From contig JBPCLO010000051.1 of assembly GCA_051003155.1 (NCBI GenBank), positions 32,001 to 96,000 on the forward strand: 64,000 bases of DNA. The letters are read 5' to 3'. Under the pieces are notes generated by a model. That model did not search any database, had not been told where the DNA came from, and saw nothing but the letters and a program-made list of their open reading frames with translations. Origin of the DNA: Fimbriimonadales bacterium. Lineage in GTDB: Bacteria > Armatimonadota > Fimbriimonadia > Fimbriimonadales > ATM1. The first letter of the stretch is position 1. Each line of letters opens with the position of its first letter. Position numbers and translations under genes: made by a program. Positions 48,108 through 58,590 of the stretch are shown here, piece after piece.

Positions 48108-48887
48108 TTGACCGAAGAGCTCGAGTTTGCTCTCGCCGTCGCCCAAGCCGCAGGCGGCATCACGCTCAAGTATTTCAACGCCGTCACACCGGTGGAACGC
48201 AAGGCCGACGATACGCCCGTCACGCGAGCCGACCGCGAAGCCGAAACCTACATCCGCGACCAGATCGGTTTGCGCTTTCCGCACCATGGCATTCTTGGCG
48301 AGGAGTTCGACGAGCAGCCGGGCGACGGCGAGACGCGGTGGGTAATCGACCCCATCGACGGCACCAAGTCATTCGTCCACGGCGTGCCACTCTTTGCCGT
48401 GCTCGTGGGGCTGGAGCGGGGCGGCATTCCGGTGATGGGTGTCGCGCATTTCCCGGCACTGAGCGAGACTCTATGGGCCGAGCAGGGCGACAGCGCCTTC
48501 TGCAATGGCGAGGCAATCCACGTCAGCTCGGCGGATCGTATCGAGGACGCCTTGTTGGTCAGCGGCAGCATCTTGTCGTTCGAGGCGAAGGGGACGCTCG
48601 ACGGTTACATCGCGCTGGCCAAACGGGCCTACGCAACACGCACGTGGGGCGACGCGTATGGCCACTCCATGGTCGCACGAGGCAAAGCCGAAGTCATGCT
48701 CGACCCCCGTGTGAACGTCTGGGACACCTGCGCACTGATGCCGATCGTTTTGGAAGCCGGGGGGACGTTTACATCTCTGGATGGTGGCCCAGGGCACGGT
48801 GTCGGTGAAGCCCTTTCCACCAATGGACGGCTGCTGCAGCCCGCGTTGAATTGCTTTGCAGATGGCCAACCCCGGTCTAATGAGTAA
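48108..48887 (+). CDS. hisN: Histidinol-phosphatase, inositol monophosphatase family
   Basis: K.DDTPVT.AD, ILGEEF, WVIDPIDGTKSF, RTWGDAYG, WD; TTG start inferred. Confidence 0.8.
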   Translation: MTEELEFALAVAQAAGGITLKYFNAVTPVERKADDTPVTRADREAETYIRDQIGLRFPHHGILGEEFDEQPGDGETRWVIDPIDGTKSFVHGVPLFAVLVGLERGGIPVMGVAHFPALSETLWAEQGDSAFCNGEAIHVSSADRIEDALLVSGSILSFEAKGTLDGYIALAKRAYATRTWGDAYGHSMVARGKAEVMLDPRVNVWDTCALMPIVLEAGGTFTSLDGGPGHGVGEALSTNGRLLQPALNCFADGQPRSNE

Positions 48888-48946
48888 CCTCACCGCATCA
48901 ATCGGACCCATTTTGCTCGCGGAGATCCACCAGTACAGCGCCGGCG

Positions 48947-50344
48947 CTAGGCTCGCCGGACACCCCTTGGCCGGCCGCCTTGCAGGCGGCTCTCCTCTGC
49001 GAGGAAGCCTGCGAGGTGGCTTGCCATGCTATTCGAAAGAGACGAAGTGAGAAGGTTCGCGTCTCGCTTCGAAACGGCCTGGCAGAAGTCGCGCACCAGC
49101 CGAATGTCGCCTCCGCCATGCCCGGAGAGATCGACGTTCGCTTTCCGGCCGTCCCAAACGTGGCGTTTGCCCGTCTCGAACTCCACGACGTTCATGACGG
49201 TCATATCGCCCTCGATGTGGCCCTTCTGGCAGAACACCCGGGTACGACGTCCGCCCCCGGCATACATGGCCTCCACCTGGAGGCTCGCCGTGGCGCCGCC
49301 GTCGAACTCGAGGTTCGTGACCATATGGTCGCACACGTCGTTGTCGCAGTGATACACGCATCGCCCGTATTGACCCTTCTCGAGTTCCTTCAAGATGCTG
49401 AGGTCCGAACGGTCGGGCGTGATGATGTGGTGGGTGTCCCACTTGCGCTTGTGAACGTAGAAATCCTGCGCGTAGTACGGGCAAGTCTTCTCGACAGGGC
49501 AACCCTCTGAACAGAACATCGGCGCTCCCATCGGCGCATTCTCCTTGCGGAACCAGCTTAGGTCACCGAATGCCGAAACGCGCGTGATGGGCTTGCCGGT
49601 GATGTAGGCGAGGATGTCGAGGTCGTGGCAGGATTTCGCCAGGATCACCGGGTTCGATTTCTTCTTATTCCCCCATGGGCCGCGAACATACGAGTGCGAA
49701 AAATGGTGGTGCTCCACCGGCTCGAGGTGCTGGACGCTGACCACGTCGCCGATCATTCCCGAGCGGATGACCTCGCGCATCATCATGAAATAGGGTGCAT
49801 ACCGAAGTACGTGGCAGACTCCCACGATCGATTTGTTTTTTTGCGCGGCTTTGAGGATCGCTTCGCACTCGCGCCAACTTTGGGCGATCGGCTTTTCGAG
49901 AAGGACTTCGTAGCCCAATTCGATTGCCTTCAGCGCCGGCCCGGTGTGCATCGCGTCCTGGGTGGAGACGACGATAGCGTCCGCGAACTTCGGCCGGTTG
50001 AAAACGTGCTCCCAGGTTGTAAAGGCGTTCTCGGGCGAGATGTCATGGCGCTTGATCGCGGCATCGCGCCGGTAGCCGATAGGTTCAGCGACGCCGACGA
50101 TCTGCCACTCTTCGGGGATCTGGCTGGCCATCCACCCGTAGTAGCCACCCCGCCCCCCATATCCGCAAACCACCGCCGATATCGGCCGGTCCAGCTTGGG
50201 ATACTTGCCGATTTCGATGTTCGGCAGGTCGGATGAGTTCTCCTGTCCGCGGTTCGCTGCCAGGAGGGGGAGGGGAGTCGCGGCGGCCAAGCCCGCGAGC
50301 CCCAGACGCTCGATGAACTGACGACGACTCCAGCCTTCTGCCAT
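48947..50344 (-). CDS. Gfo/Idh/MocA oxidoreductase with Tat signal
   Basis: SRRQFI twin-arginine motif, GYGGRG, LLEKP, KSCHDLD, HGGGD. Confidence 0.9.
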   Translation of the reverse strand: MAEGWSRRQFIERLGLAGLAAATPLPLLAANRGQENSSDLPNIEIGKYPKLDRPISAVVCGYGGRGGYYGWMASQIPEEWQIVGVAEPIGYRRDAAIKRHDISPENAFTTWEHVFNRPKFADAIVVSTQDAMHTGPALKAIELGYEVLLEKPIAQSWRECEAILKAAQKNKSIVGVCHVLRYAPYFMMMREVIRSGMIGDVVSVQHLEPVEHHHFSHSYVRGPWGNKKKSNPVILAKSCHDLDILAYITGKPITRVSAFGDLSWFRKENAPMGAPMFCSEGCPVEKTCPYYAQDFYVHKRKWDTHHIITPDRSDLSILKELEKGQYGRCVYHCDNDVCDHMVTNLEFDGGATASLQVEAMYAGGGRRTRVFCQKGHIEGDMTVMNVVEFETGKRHVWDGRKANVDLSGHGGGDIRLVRDFCQAVSKRDANLLTSSLSNSMASHLAGFLAEESRLQGGRPRGVRRA

Positions 50345-50719
50345 TTCGGTGATATTACATTACTTCTAGGGCAGAGCAGCTTTTCTCACTACGGGAATAG
50401 CGCTTCGATCTCCTTCGTGCGGATGCAGAGCACCGGGCCGCTGGCGACGTACTGTTCCTTTGCATTAGCTTTTCTGATCCTTCGGGAGCCACTGCACCGC
50501 CTCTCTGACGCCCCTCATCATCCCATCGGCGTTCTGGACAATCGTAAAGTGAGGTACTGGCCCCCGAAGCGCTCCTCGGTGCTCGCGGCCGGGATGCACG
50601 GGCTCATGTTGGTCATGACGTCAGTCGAAACCAGTATCCTTGCCGGAGACTCAGCGCAAGCGGAGGGAAAGAGTTTGTCGAGTCGTTACTCGCAAACGAA
50701 GTTGAGTTCGCGTCACTGC

Positions 50720-51055
50720 CTAGCCCGGCGGCCATGCCATCGCTCTCCCCCCCAACAAATGCACGTGCAAGTGAAGCACGGTTTGCCCCGCCTGCTGGCC
50801 GCTGTTGATCACCACCCGATAGCCCGCCCGGTCGATCCCTTCTTGCCGCGCGACCTCGGAGGCAGCCAGTAGGAGCGATTGCAAATCGTCCGCCGAGGTA
50901 GCCGAAGCCATGCTGTCCACGTGCTTCTTTGGGACGATCAGGATATGCGTCGGCGCTTGGGGATTCATGTCCCCGAAAGCCAGGCACGCGTCGTTCTCGA
51001 AAACGATGTCCGCCGGAATCTCGCGTGAAACGATCTTGCAAAAGAGGCAGTCCAT
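50720..51055 (-). CDS. HIT-family nucleotide-binding protein
   Basis: CLFCKI, AGQTV.HLHVHLLGGR...WPPG. Confidence 0.95.
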   Translation of the reverse strand: MDCLFCKIVSREIPADIVFENDACLAFGDMNPQAPTHILIVPKKHVDSMASATSADDLQSLLLAASEVARQEGIDRAGYRVVINSGQQAGQTVLHLHVHLLGGRAMAWPPG

Positions 51056-51091
51056 CGCAACGGGAGATTACCGCAGCCCGTACCGATTACG

Positions 51092-51940
51092 ATGGCCGAG
51101 CGACGAATCCTAACCGGCATTACCGCCGAAGCGTTCACGACCGAGGCCGATCGGCGGGCCCTTGCGAGCCTAGAGAACGTGCCGCTGTTGCCGATGGTTC
51201 TCAAGAAGTTCTTCGAGCTAGGCTTCGACCGCTGGTTCTACTGCCAGAACATGTCGATGTCGGTCCGGTGCGGGCCGAATCAATTCTCGACCCTCTACGG
51301 CATTTTCGTAGATAGCTGCAAGGCCCTCGATATTCCGGAGCCTGAACTCTACATCTCGAGCAATCCCTTCCCGAATGCGTTCGCCGGTGGGGTCGAGCGA
51401 CCCTTCGTGACGCTCCGTAGCAGCATCGTGGACACTCTAACCGACGAGCAGCTTTACCACCTCATCGGCCACGAGTTGGGACACATCAAATCCGGACACA
51501 TGCTCTACCACACGGTGGGCCGGCTCCTCGTACCGCTTCTGCAAGCCCTTGGGCGCAGGATGCCGCTCGTGGGCGACGTGGCCGCCATCGGCCTCGTCTT
51601 TGCATTTTACGAATGGATGCGCCAGTCCGAGATCAGCTGCGACCGCGCAGGGCTGCTCGTCTCGCAAGACTTCGACACATCGATGATGGCCAACCTCGCG
51701 CTCACCGCAGGGCCAAGCCGATTCGCGAACGAGATGAACCTGGAAGCGTTTATGGAACAGGCCCGGGCATACCAGGAAGCGCCGGCGATGGACCAGCTCG
51801 GCAAGGTGATCCTCTACTTCACGTCCACCTGGGCTTATTCGCATCCACAACCCGTTCACCGCGCACACCAGCTCGAAAAGTGGGTCAAAAAGGGCTACTA
51901 CGACCGAATTCTGCGCGGGCACTACGACAAGACGGCCTGA
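51092..51940 (+). CDS. M48-family metallopeptidase
   Basis: PNAF, GHELGH, E.SCDRAGLL, SHP. Confidence 0.9.
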   Translation: MAERRILTGITAEAFTTEADRRALASLENVPLLPMVLKKFFELGFDRWFYCQNMSMSVRCGPNQFSTLYGIFVDSCKALDIPEPELYISSNPFPNAFAGGVERPFVTLRSSIVDTLTDEQLYHLIGHELGHIKSGHMLYHTVGRLLVPLLQALGRRMPLVGDVAAIGLVFAFYEWMRQSEISCDRAGLLVSQDFDTSMMANLALTAGPSRFANEMNLEAFMEQARAYQEAPAMDQLGKVILYFTSTWAYSHPQPVHRAHQLEKWVKKGYYDRILRGHYDKTA

Positions 51941-51960
51941 ATTAGGGCAAACTCGCACGC

Positions 51961-53973
51961 ATGGAAGTGCCGACGAGAACCGAGTTCCTTTTTCAAGGGT
52001 CTTGGCAGAAGGCGCTTTTCTATGTGATCATCGCGATTGCCGTCGGTGTTTTCGCATGGCAGGTGTGGGGACGCGTCCGCCTTTGGCGGCAAGGCAAGCC
52101 GATTTCTTGGAGGCCAGACTACTTCGCAGGAGTCGTTAAATTCGTACTGGGCCAACGAAAGGTGCGAACCTCGCGGCCGAAGAGTGGCGCGCCGATGCAC
52201 CTGATGATTTTTTATGGATTCCTGGCGTTATTTATCGCCACGACGCTTCTGGGGATCAACACGTACTCTCCGTGGAAATTCCACAAAGGCACTTATTATC
52301 TCGTGTACGAGTTCGTGTTCGACATTATGGGCGTCGTACTATTTGCCGGACTAGTTTGGGCGTTACTCAGGCGTCGTTTCGCAAAACCCAAATCGCTCAC
52401 GTCGGCACCGTCCGATTTTTCCGCGCTCTATATTCTGCTGATTCTGACCGTCAGCGGGTTCCTGGTCGAAGGTGCGCGGATGAACGTTAACCCCAAATCA
52501 TTCGATACATCTGCGCCCGTCGGTTTCTGGGTTTCGGGCATGTTGCCACAATTGAATCCAGCGCAGTACCTCAGTATCTGGTGGACCCACGCCTTGCTCG
52601 TCGCGGTCTTTATCGCGATAATTCCTCGCTTACGCATTCGCCACATCGCCTATGCGATATTTTCCGCTGCCGGTCACCAGGCGGACAGAAAAATGGGCGC
52701 GCTTCGGCCGGTCACTATGCAAGAGGTCGAGGAAACCGGGCAGATTGGCGTGAAAGAGCCGAAGGATTATTCACGGTGGCACCTAATGTCGCTCGATGCC
52801 TGCATGGAGTGCGGGCGGTGCACCGAAGTCTGCCCAGCTTGGCTGGTCGGAAAGGTTTTGAACCCGAAAGAGGTCGTGCAGAACATTCGCGGCGCGATGA
52901 AAAACGGGACAACGGTAGCGGCAGCGGTAACCGAGGAAGCACTTTGGCAGTGCACCACGTGCAACGCATGCGTCGAGGCTTGTCCCGTTTTAATCAATCA
53001 GGTCGATTTGATCACGGATGCGCGACGTTACCTGGTAGCCGAAGGACAGGTGCGCGGCACTTCCGGAACAATGCTGCGACAAGTAGCAAGCACGGAAAGC
53101 GCGTGGGGAACTCCTGCTGGAGAGCGCGAAAAATGGATGGAGGGCCAGGAAATTCCTCTCGTTCGCGACTTAGTCAACAAAGGAGCGAAATTCGAAGTTC
53201 TCCTCTGGGTGGGTTGTGCGGGAGCCGTCGACCGTGGCGCGATTAAAACCACGCGCGAATTCGCCGCGTTGCTCAAAAAGGCATCCGTGAGATTTGGCTG
53301 TCTGGGGAAAGAGGAAAGATGTACGGGCGACCCGGCGAGGCGAACGGGCGACGAATTCTTGTTCCAGCAGATGGCTGAGCAAAACGTTGCGACATTCGAG
53401 CAGTACGGGGTGAAAACAATCGTCACCGCCTGCCCACACTGTTTCAATACAATCAAGAACGAGTATTCGTTTTTTGGTGGGAATTACGAAGTCATGCACC
53501 ATTCGCAATTTCTCTCAACATTGATCGCAGACGGCAAACTCAACGCTCCCTCGCTCGAGGACGGTTCGGTCACGCTCCATGACCCCTGCTATTTGGCGCG
53601 GATCAACAACGAAGCCGACGCGCCTCGCCATGCCCTCGGCGTTCCGTCGAATTCAAACGACCATCAAACCCCGGTAGGTCGTTGGCTGAACGAGGCCGGC
53701 GAAAGAGGCAACAAGCTCGCGGAGCCGGAAAGAAGCGCCCAAAAGACCCTGTGCTGCGGCGCCGGCGGGGGCCGCATGTGGATGGAGGAGGACATCAACC
53801 AGCGCCCCGGCGACAACCGCGCACGAGAACTGATTGGTACCGGCGCGAAGACGGTTGCAACGGCATGCCCGTTCTGCCGAATCATGCTCGACGCGAGCTT
53901 GAATAATGTCGCTCCCGATCAGGGGATTAATCTCGTCGATATCGTCGAACTGGTGAAGCAGGCAAATGATTAG
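51961..53973 (+). CDS. Membrane Fe-S oxidoreductase (heterodisulfide reductase-related, FadF-like)
   Basis: N-terminal TMs, CMECGRCTEVCP, CTTCNACVEACP, CCG-type domains (HDPCYL, CCGAGGG, ACPFC). Confidence 0.9.
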   Translation: MEVPTRTEFLFQGSWQKALFYVIIAIAVGVFAWQVWGRVRLWRQGKPISWRPDYFAGVVKFVLGQRKVRTSRPKSGAPMHLMIFYGFLALFIATTLLGINTYSPWKFHKGTYYLVYEFVFDIMGVVLFAGLVWALLRRRFAKPKSLTSAPSDFSALYILLILTVSGFLVEGARMNVNPKSFDTSAPVGFWVSGMLPQLNPAQYLSIWWTHALLVAVFIAIIPRLRIRHIAYAIFSAAGHQADRKMGALRPVTMQEVEETGQIGVKEPKDYSRWHLMSLDACMECGRCTEVCPAWLVGKVLNPKEVVQNIRGAMKNGTTVAAAVTEEALWQCTTCNACVEACPVLINQVDLITDARRYLVAEGQVRGTSGTMLRQVASTESAWGTPAGEREKWMEGQEIPLVRDLVNKGAKFEVLLWVGCAGAVDRGAIKTTREFAALLKKASVRFGCLGKEERCTGDPARRTGDEFLFQQMAEQNVATFEQYGVKTIVTACPHCFNTIKNEYSFFGGNYEVMHHSQFLSTLIADGKLNAPSLEDGSVTLHDPCYLARINNEADAPRHALGVPSNSNDHQTPVGRWLNEAGERGNKLAEPERSAQKTLCCGAGGGRMWMEEDINQRPGDNRARELIGTGAKTVATACPFCRIMLDASLNNVAPDQGINLVDIVELVKQAND

Positions 53974-54295
53974 GGGTTTGGGAATCGACGTGATCGAGGT
54001 CAGTCGGATCGATGAGGCAATGCAAAACCCACGCTTCCTCGAGCGGATTCTGACTCCGTACGAACGCAAAGAGGGACTAAATGCCCAATCCGCCGCGGGA
54101 CGGTGGGCTGCAAAAGAGGCGATCGCGAAAGCAGTTGGAACCCACCTGAAGTGGCAGGATGTAGAGGTTCACAAGAATGGAGAAGGCGTTCCCCAACCCC
54201 GAATCCTCCCCGACGGCGTGCAGGGCAAGGTCCATCTGTCGATATCGCACGAGCGCGGCATCGCGGCAGCCGTCGCGATCTGGGAGTCGGACTAG
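53966..54295 (+). CDS. acpS: Holo-ACP synthase
   Basis: GLGIDVIEV.R, AGRWAAKEA..KA, LSISH. Confidence 0.93.
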   Translation: MIRGLGIDVIEVSRIDEAMQNPRFLERILTPYERKEGLNAQSAAGRWAAKEAIAKAVGTHLKWQDVEVHKNGEGVPQPRILPDGVQGKVHLSISHERGIAAAVAIWESD

Positions 54296-54898
54296 ATGAA
54301 CCTTGCCGTCCTTGTCGGATCGAAGGGCCGCGGCTCGAACATGAGGGCGCTGCTAACGGCATGCAAGAGCGGCCGGATTCCCGCAGCCGGAGCCTTGGTC
54401 ATCGCTCCGTCGGAGGAGATCCCTGCAGTGGGCATTGCACACGCATTAAATGCTGATGTCGCGCTCATTCATCCGGCCGATTCACATTTCGGCGAGGATT
54501 TACTCGCGATTTTGGATGCGGAGAACATCGACCTTTTGTGTTTGGCCGGATATATGCGGCTTCTGCCCGACCGTGTCGTGCGAAATCTGGAAGGAAGGAT
54601 TCTGAATATCCACCCCGCATTGCTACCGAAATATGGCGGCAAAGGAATGTATGGAATGCGCGTTCATCAGGCGGTAATCGACGCGGGCGATAGGGAATCG
54701 GGATGCTCCGTGCATTACGTCACGGAGAAATACGACGAAGGAGACGTGCTCTTGCAAAAGAAATGCCCGGTCGAACCGGAGGATACAGCGGACACTTTGG
54801 CCGCGCGGGTTCTCGCGATCGAGCACCAATGTTACGTCGAAGCCGTGCGAAAATGGATTCGCGAGCACCGCTATGCGGGTCGAAATGCGTCCTTGTGA
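54296..54898 (+). CDS. purN: Phosphoribosylglycinamide formyltransferase
   Basis: GSNM.AL, LAGYMR, LNIHPALLP, SGCSVHYV...YDEG. Confidence 0.95.
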   Translation: MNLAVLVGSKGRGSNMRALLTACKSGRIPAAGALVIAPSEEIPAVGIAHALNADVALIHPADSHFGEDLLAILDAENIDLLCLAGYMRLLPDRVVRNLEGRILNIHPALLPKYGGKGMYGMRVHQAVIDAGDRESGCSVHYVTEKYDEGDVLLQKKCPVEPEDTADTLAARVLAIEHQCYVEAVRKWIREHRYAGRNASL

Positions 54899-55203
54899 TG
54901 CCTCAGTTCTTCGCCCTCGACCGCGATGACGTCGAAACGCGCCGGTGCCGCTTTGCCCACTACTTCGCACAAATAATAATCGGCAGCTTGCCATAATCGC
55001 CGTTGCTTGGCCGGCGTAACCGTTTGCTCCGGAATATCCCAACCGCCAGGCTTTCGCTGCTTTACTTCGACAAAAACTAGGTTGTCGCCGTCCATTGCGA
55101 TAATATCGACCTCGGCTTGCGGCGCGTGGTAATTTCGGGTCACGAGCGTGTATCCGAGCCCTTCCAAGAATATGGCCGCCGCATCTTCGGCGTCGGCGCC
55201 CAT
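54871..55203 (-). CDS. YraN/UPF0102 family protein
   Basis: G..AE..A..FL...GY....RN, EVDII, LVFVEVK, RFDVI. Confidence 0.9.
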   Translation of the reverse strand: MGADAEDAAAIFLEGLGYTLVTRNYHAPQAEVDIIAMDGDNLVFVEVKQRKPGGWDIPEQTVTPAKQRRLWQAADYYLCEVVGKAAPARFDVIAVEGEELRHHKDAFRPA

Positions 55204-55205
55204 TC

Positions 55206-55787
55206 TCAGATTTCGAGGCATGGCTGCATGAGTTTCCTTATCGGAGCAAAGCTGCGCCGGTGCAGCTGGCACGGGCCATATTTGTCTAGTGCGCGGAAGT
55301 GCTCGGGGGTCGAATATCCGAAATGGTGATCAAAACCATATTGCGGATAAAGAACGGAGAAATCCCTCATTAATTGGTCGCGATAGGTCTTGGCCAAAAT
55401 GCTCGCGGCCGCTATTTGCGCATATTTCTGATCGCCTCTTATGATGCACTGTCCAGGAAATGGCAGGTCGCGCACGGGCTGATTGCCGTCGATCAATGCG
55501 CCGAGCGGCGATTTGCCCAAACCGATGAGAGCTCTCTGCATCGCGAGAAGAGAGGCCTGTAGGATGTTGATCCGGTCGATCTCGGCGACGTCGGAAACCA
55601 CTACGCAATAACACGCGCGGTCCCTAATTCGCACGGCGGCCTCTTCTCTGTCAGTTGGCGTCATCAACTTGGAGTCGTTTATTCCCGACGTGTCGAACCT
55701 ACGTGGCAGGATCACGGCTGCGGCCACAACCGGACCCGCGAGGGGTCCGCGCCCCGCTTCGTCCGCTCCTGCCCACGAAACACGCAT
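55206..55787 (-). CDS. rnhB: Ribonuclease HII
   Basis: GADEAGRGPLAGPVVAAAVIL, DSK, IDGN, IAAASILAK..RD, HRRSF. Confidence 0.96.
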   Translation of the reverse strand: MRVSWAGADEAGRGPLAGPVVAAAVILPRRFDTSGINDSKLMTPTDREEAAVRIRDRACYCVVVSDVAEIDRINILQASLLAMQRALIGLGKSPLGALIDGNQPVRDLPFPGQCIIRGDQKYAQIAAASILAKTYRDQLMRDFSVLYPQYGFDHHFGYSTPEHFRALDKYGPCQLHRRSFAPIRKLMQPCLEI

Positions 55788-55788
55788 C

Positions 55789-56466
55789 CTAAGCTTTCGC
55801 GTCAAGCTCAAGCCCCTCCCGCATCTTGAATGTCATTCCAAAGACCTTGGTAAAAGACGCGACAACGGCGGGCATGGCGTCTTGAATCGACACGTCGCGG
55901 CCAGTTTCGCGGGACAACGATGTAACCCCGTAGCCCGTTATGCCGCACGGAATGATCAGGTCGAACGGCGTCAGGTCATTGTTGCAGTTCAAAGCAACCC
56001 CATGGAGCGAAATCCAGCGCGAAACCTTGATGCCGATCGCGGCGATCTTGCGATTGCTGCTCCAAACGCCCGTGTGTGGTGGAAAGCGGTACCCCTCCAA
56101 GCCGAACTCACCGACCGACTGGATAACGGCCTCCTCCAGATCACGGAGCCATTTGTGCAGGTCGCTGCCGTGGGCTCGCAAATTGAAAATCGGATAGATG
56201 ACAAGCTGCTTCGGCCCGTGATAAGTGACGTCGCCTCCACGGTCGGTCTGCACCAGTTCGATTCCCCTCTCCGCATACGCCGCTTTAGACAAGAGCAAAT
56301 TGGCAGGGTCGAACGGGGAGCCGTGCGTGAGGACAGGGTCGTGCTCGACGAAAAGTAGCGTATCGGGAAGCTCGTCCGCCGCCCTTCTCGCCCAAACCTC
56401 TCTTTGCAGGTCCCAGCATTGGCGGTACTCCATCCTTCCCAAATCGACGCAGATGCCTTCGCCCAC
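55789..56466 (-). CDS. lipB: Lipoyl(octanoyl) transferase
   Basis: EH.PV.T.G, RGGDVTYHGP.QLV.YPI, KIAAIG, HG.ALN, I.PCGI. Confidence 0.95.
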   Translation of the reverse strand: MGEGICVDLGRMEYRQCWDLQREVWARRAADELPDTLLFVEHDPVLTHGSPFDPANLLLSKAAYAERGIELVQTDRGGDVTYHGPKQLVIYPIFNLRAHGSDLHKWLRDLEEAVIQSVGEFGLEGYRFPPHTGVWSSNRKIAAIGIKVSRWISLHGVALNCNNDLTPFDLIIPCGITGYGVTSLSRETGRDVSIQDAMPAVVASFTKVFGMTFKMREGLELDAKA

Positions 56467-56488
56467 GGGTTAAGAATACTGTGAAGCC

Positions 56489-56653
56489 GGATGCGGAAAC
56501 CGGTCGGATTTTGGAGCTGGCGCCCGCCGCTGGCGAGGCTCAGTCCGGATCGGGACGTCACTCAGGCGCAGCTCCCCCACCCATAGGTCATCGACAGGAG
56601 CGCCTGTGAACCAACACGATTGCAGCGGCCTCTTGGGCACCGCATATTCGCAC
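56489..56653 (+). ncRNA. Candidate structured ncRNA, possibly 6S-like
   Basis: Closing stem ATGCGG (56491-56496)/CCGCAT (56640-56645); inner stem GGAGCT-G-GCGCC/GGCGC-AGCTCC; CCCACC and TGAACC motifs; TACTGT box upstream. Strand and identity are unverified. Confidence 0.4.
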
Positions 56654-56697
56654 TCTTTGCAACCTGAAGTTGAAAGCTCACGCCAATAGAAGACATC

Positions 56698-57717
56698 TTG
56701 TTCAGAAACGGTAATGGGTATAAACCGAGCCAGGTGAAAGCGCTCAAGCCGAAAGTTTGGAGTGTCTGGTCGCCGGTGATTGCGGCGATATTAGGAATCC
56801 TTGGGGTCTGGCTGACCGTGAACGTCGCACGCGACTACGGTGTTTTGGCGTTCATCCTCATTCCCTTCGCCGTAGGATTTGCATGCTCTGGTCTTTTGCG
56901 CATGGAGGGCCCGCAGAAGTTCGCACGCTGCTTTTGGTCGTCGTCGGTATCCCTTGCCCTTACTGCTGTCGGCCTCCTATTGGTCCCTTTGGAAGGCTTG
57001 GCATGCCTGATTATGGCGTTTCCGCTGGCCTACCTTCCGCTTCTAATCGGAGCCGCGTTCGGCCACCTTTTGTTCCACCAAGGCAACAGCACATCCGGAA
57101 GAATTGTCTCGATCCTATTCTTAGGAGCTGCTTGCACCTGGGCTGCGCTGGACTACAAAGGTCCGGGTGCCGTCGCTGAGGTGCGAACGTCGATCATAGT
57201 CGACGCAAGTCCTGAAGATGTATGGGTCGCGGTGACTCAGTTGAGCATTCTTCCGGAGCCCAAAGATTGGTTCCTGCGCTCCGGGATCGCTTGTCCTAAA
57301 AGCGCTTATATCGACGGCTCGGGCGTAGGGGCAACGAGGGTTTGCGTGCTCTCGACAGGGACTATGCCGGAGCGAATTACAGTATGGGAGCCTGGTCGCG
57401 CATTGGGATTCGTGGCGCTTGCGACCCCACCGCCATTGAAAGAAATCAATCCGTTCTTCGAATTCGACCCGCCGCACCAGCATGGATACTACAAGGTGCT
57501 CTACGGTGAGTTTCGAATTGAAGCTTTGACTGGCGGACGCTCCCGGTTGACGAGAGTTACGCGGTACGAAAGCAGAATCCGGCCTGCGTTCTACTGGAAC
57601 TGGTGGTGTAACTTCGCCGCAGAGCGAGCGCATCGGTACGTGCTCGAAGCAGTACGCGCAAAGGTTGATAAGAGCGGACGCACGGCAATGGCGGAGGTGC
57701 CTGTCGTGAATGAATGA
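56698..57717 (+). CDS. Membrane protein with C-terminal SRPBCC/START-like domain (start uncertain)
   Basis: TMs with EGLACLIMA.P, then TSIIVDASPEDVW, G.GVGATR.C, ITVWEP. Confidence 0.75.
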   Translation: MFRNGNGYKPSQVKALKPKVWSVWSPVIAAILGILGVWLTVNVARDYGVLAFILIPFAVGFACSGLLRMEGPQKFARCFWSSSVSLALTAVGLLLVPLEGLACLIMAFPLAYLPLLIGAAFGHLLFHQGNSTSGRIVSILFLGAACTWAALDYKGPGAVAEVRTSIIVDASPEDVWVAVTQLSILPEPKDWFLRSGIACPKSAYIDGSGVGATRVCVLSTGTMPERITVWEPGRALGFVALATPPPLKEINPFFEFDPPHQHGYYKVLYGEFRIEALTGGRSRLTRVTRYESRIRPAFYWNWWCNFAAERAHRYVLEAVRAKVDKSGRTAMAEVPVVNE

Positions 57718-58183
57718 AAATCATAGATCAGCATTTTTCTATCCGCTTCCTTGGCGCCTGGCCTCGTTAATGCCTCTTGGTGGAGCACTCATGGCGCTGA
57801 TTCTAGCTATTGTTGACGCTCTCCAGATCGTATCGGGACGTGGCCTACTCGCCGAGAACATATTCACACTAGCCTGCTGGCTGGGTCTTTTCGCGTTATC
57901 ATGGGCGCTATGGCGCCGCTGGGTTCATACCTGGAGCATGTTAGCTTTCGATAATGGGATCCTGACTGAAAGCACTCCCAGCGGTCGACAGTCAATAATC
58001 GAAGATGGTCGGCCCGTCATCGTGAAAAGTGACTTCATGCGACAGACAACAAGCCCTCCGTCTGGTTGGACGACTTTGGTTCAAGAATCTGAAATCGTTG
58101 TATTAAATTTAGACGCTGTCGGTTTCGACAAGCTTCCTAGCTGGATAACGTCGGCCATTTCCGAATCATTCACGGCACGGTGA
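57710..58183 (+). CDS. Hypothetical membrane protein
   Basis: Overlaps the upstream stop; two TM segments. Confidence 0.5.
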   Translation: MNENHRSAFFYPLPWRLASLMPLGGALMALILAIVDALQIVSGRGLLAENIFTLACWLGLFALSWALWRRWVHTWSMLAFDNGILTESTPSGRQSIIEDGRPVIVKSDFMRQTTSPPSGWTTLVQESEIVVLNLDAVGFDKLPSWITSAISESFTAR

Positions 58184-58590
58184 TGAACCTAGTGATTCAT
58201 GGCAACCGTGCTTTCACAGCTCTGCAAAGGAGACGGTCGAAAAAACTATTAGCATCGCGCATGACTGAGCGCGGGCGAGCGGTTGGACAGGGTGGGCGCC
58301 TCGCGATTGAACTAAAGCTTGTTTATCGACGAAACTGTGGCCGGCCACGCGGAAAAGCCGCGGCAAGGAGTGCTGAGCGTAATTTCCGCGGATCACGAGC
58401 CTGCCAACCAGCTAAAGGAGCGAACCACGATCATATGCAGGTGATCCTCAGGACCGTACTTTGCCCAGCAAAGCCAGGTTTGCCCCACCCGCGACCGTGC
58501 TGAAGATAGCGACCTGGTCGAGACACCCCACCCCTTGCTTCTCGAAAAGCTGGCCGAGGAAACCGACTCCCTGTCGAAGTGCATTCGAAG

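Noticed and set aside
50370..50715. Possible gene remnant between the Gfo/Idh/MocA and HIT genes
   Set aside because: Short protein-like stretches in mixed frames with no recognisable family; cannot be supported.
56481..56653. Group II intron remnant (AGCCGGATGCGGAAA resembles domain V; GTGCG on the minus strand)
   Set aside because: The two motifs are on opposite strands, the domain V 3' arm is not completed, and there is no RT ORF.
58184..58590. ORFs or repeats in the gap before the GyrI-like gene
   Set aside because: Only short chance similarities (ACCGTGCT twice), and the ORFs lack protein-like composition.
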